64,000 nt of DNA from Phoronis australis (lineage: Eukaryota; Animalia; Phoronida): assembly GCA_002633005.1 (NCBI GenBank), contig NMRA01000294.1:1-64000 (forward strand), in the 5' to 3' direction. This document shows positions 63,596 through 64,000 of this stretch, piece after piece. Position numbers and translations under genes: made by a program. Under the pieces are notes generated by a model. It had not been told where the DNA came from and did no database searches. It saw nothing but the letters and a program-made list of their open reading frames with translations. Numbering within the stretch: the first letter of the stretch is position 1; every line of letters begins with the position of its first letter.

Positions 63596-64000
63596 CTATT
63601 GGGAGGACTATAATAAAAACAAATGAAAGTAAGGTTTGTTCAACAGAAATTGTATTTTAATTTTGTTTCCAACTACACAATAAACTGATCTGAATTGACT
63701 TCTTGTCAATTCCAAGACCGCAATGATAACAGGTGCCAATCAGTAAGTACAACAAAGTAAGCAAATGCAAGGGACCCTCAGTCTCAGAATGAATGCATGA
63801 TTTGTAACCAAACAAACATAATTTCACACTGTAATGTGTGATATTAAGCTTGATTAACCAACTTTCAGGAACTTACGTCAAGTATAAAGAAAGCCTAAAC
63901 TGTCACCAGGATACACGACATGACCCAAAACCAATGTCACCTGTACTCTTGAGCATCTATAGAGGAACTTTGAACAGACACTGACATAGACAATTAATTG

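Overview
AT-rich eukaryotic genomic DNA from a draft assembly (N gaps), probably a marine invertebrate; nothing here is prokaryotic. Host genes occur only at the edges: the last recognisable exons of CDK10 (+, 659-3761) and one terminal exon of an unidentified gene (-, 63389-63595). The roughly 60 kb between them is decayed transposon DNA. It holds a 27-bp palindromic minisatellite, an intron-containing Kolobok-type transposase pseudogene with YqaJ-like fragments, and a nested block of three BEL/Pao LTR elements plus a Copia gag fragment. It also holds four Penelope-like element (PLE) loci, all with inverted arms, several with hammerhead-like motifs. Helentron-associated elements with a trimeric internal array, LINE fragments and many MITEs fill the rest. 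The most notable item is a Neptune-type PLE (RT + GIY-YIG) preceded by an upstream ORF with an OTU-protease-like C-terminal half, plus a 140-bp palindromic miniature of its 3' tail in a CDK10 intron. All family calls come from motif recognition by eye, without database searches.
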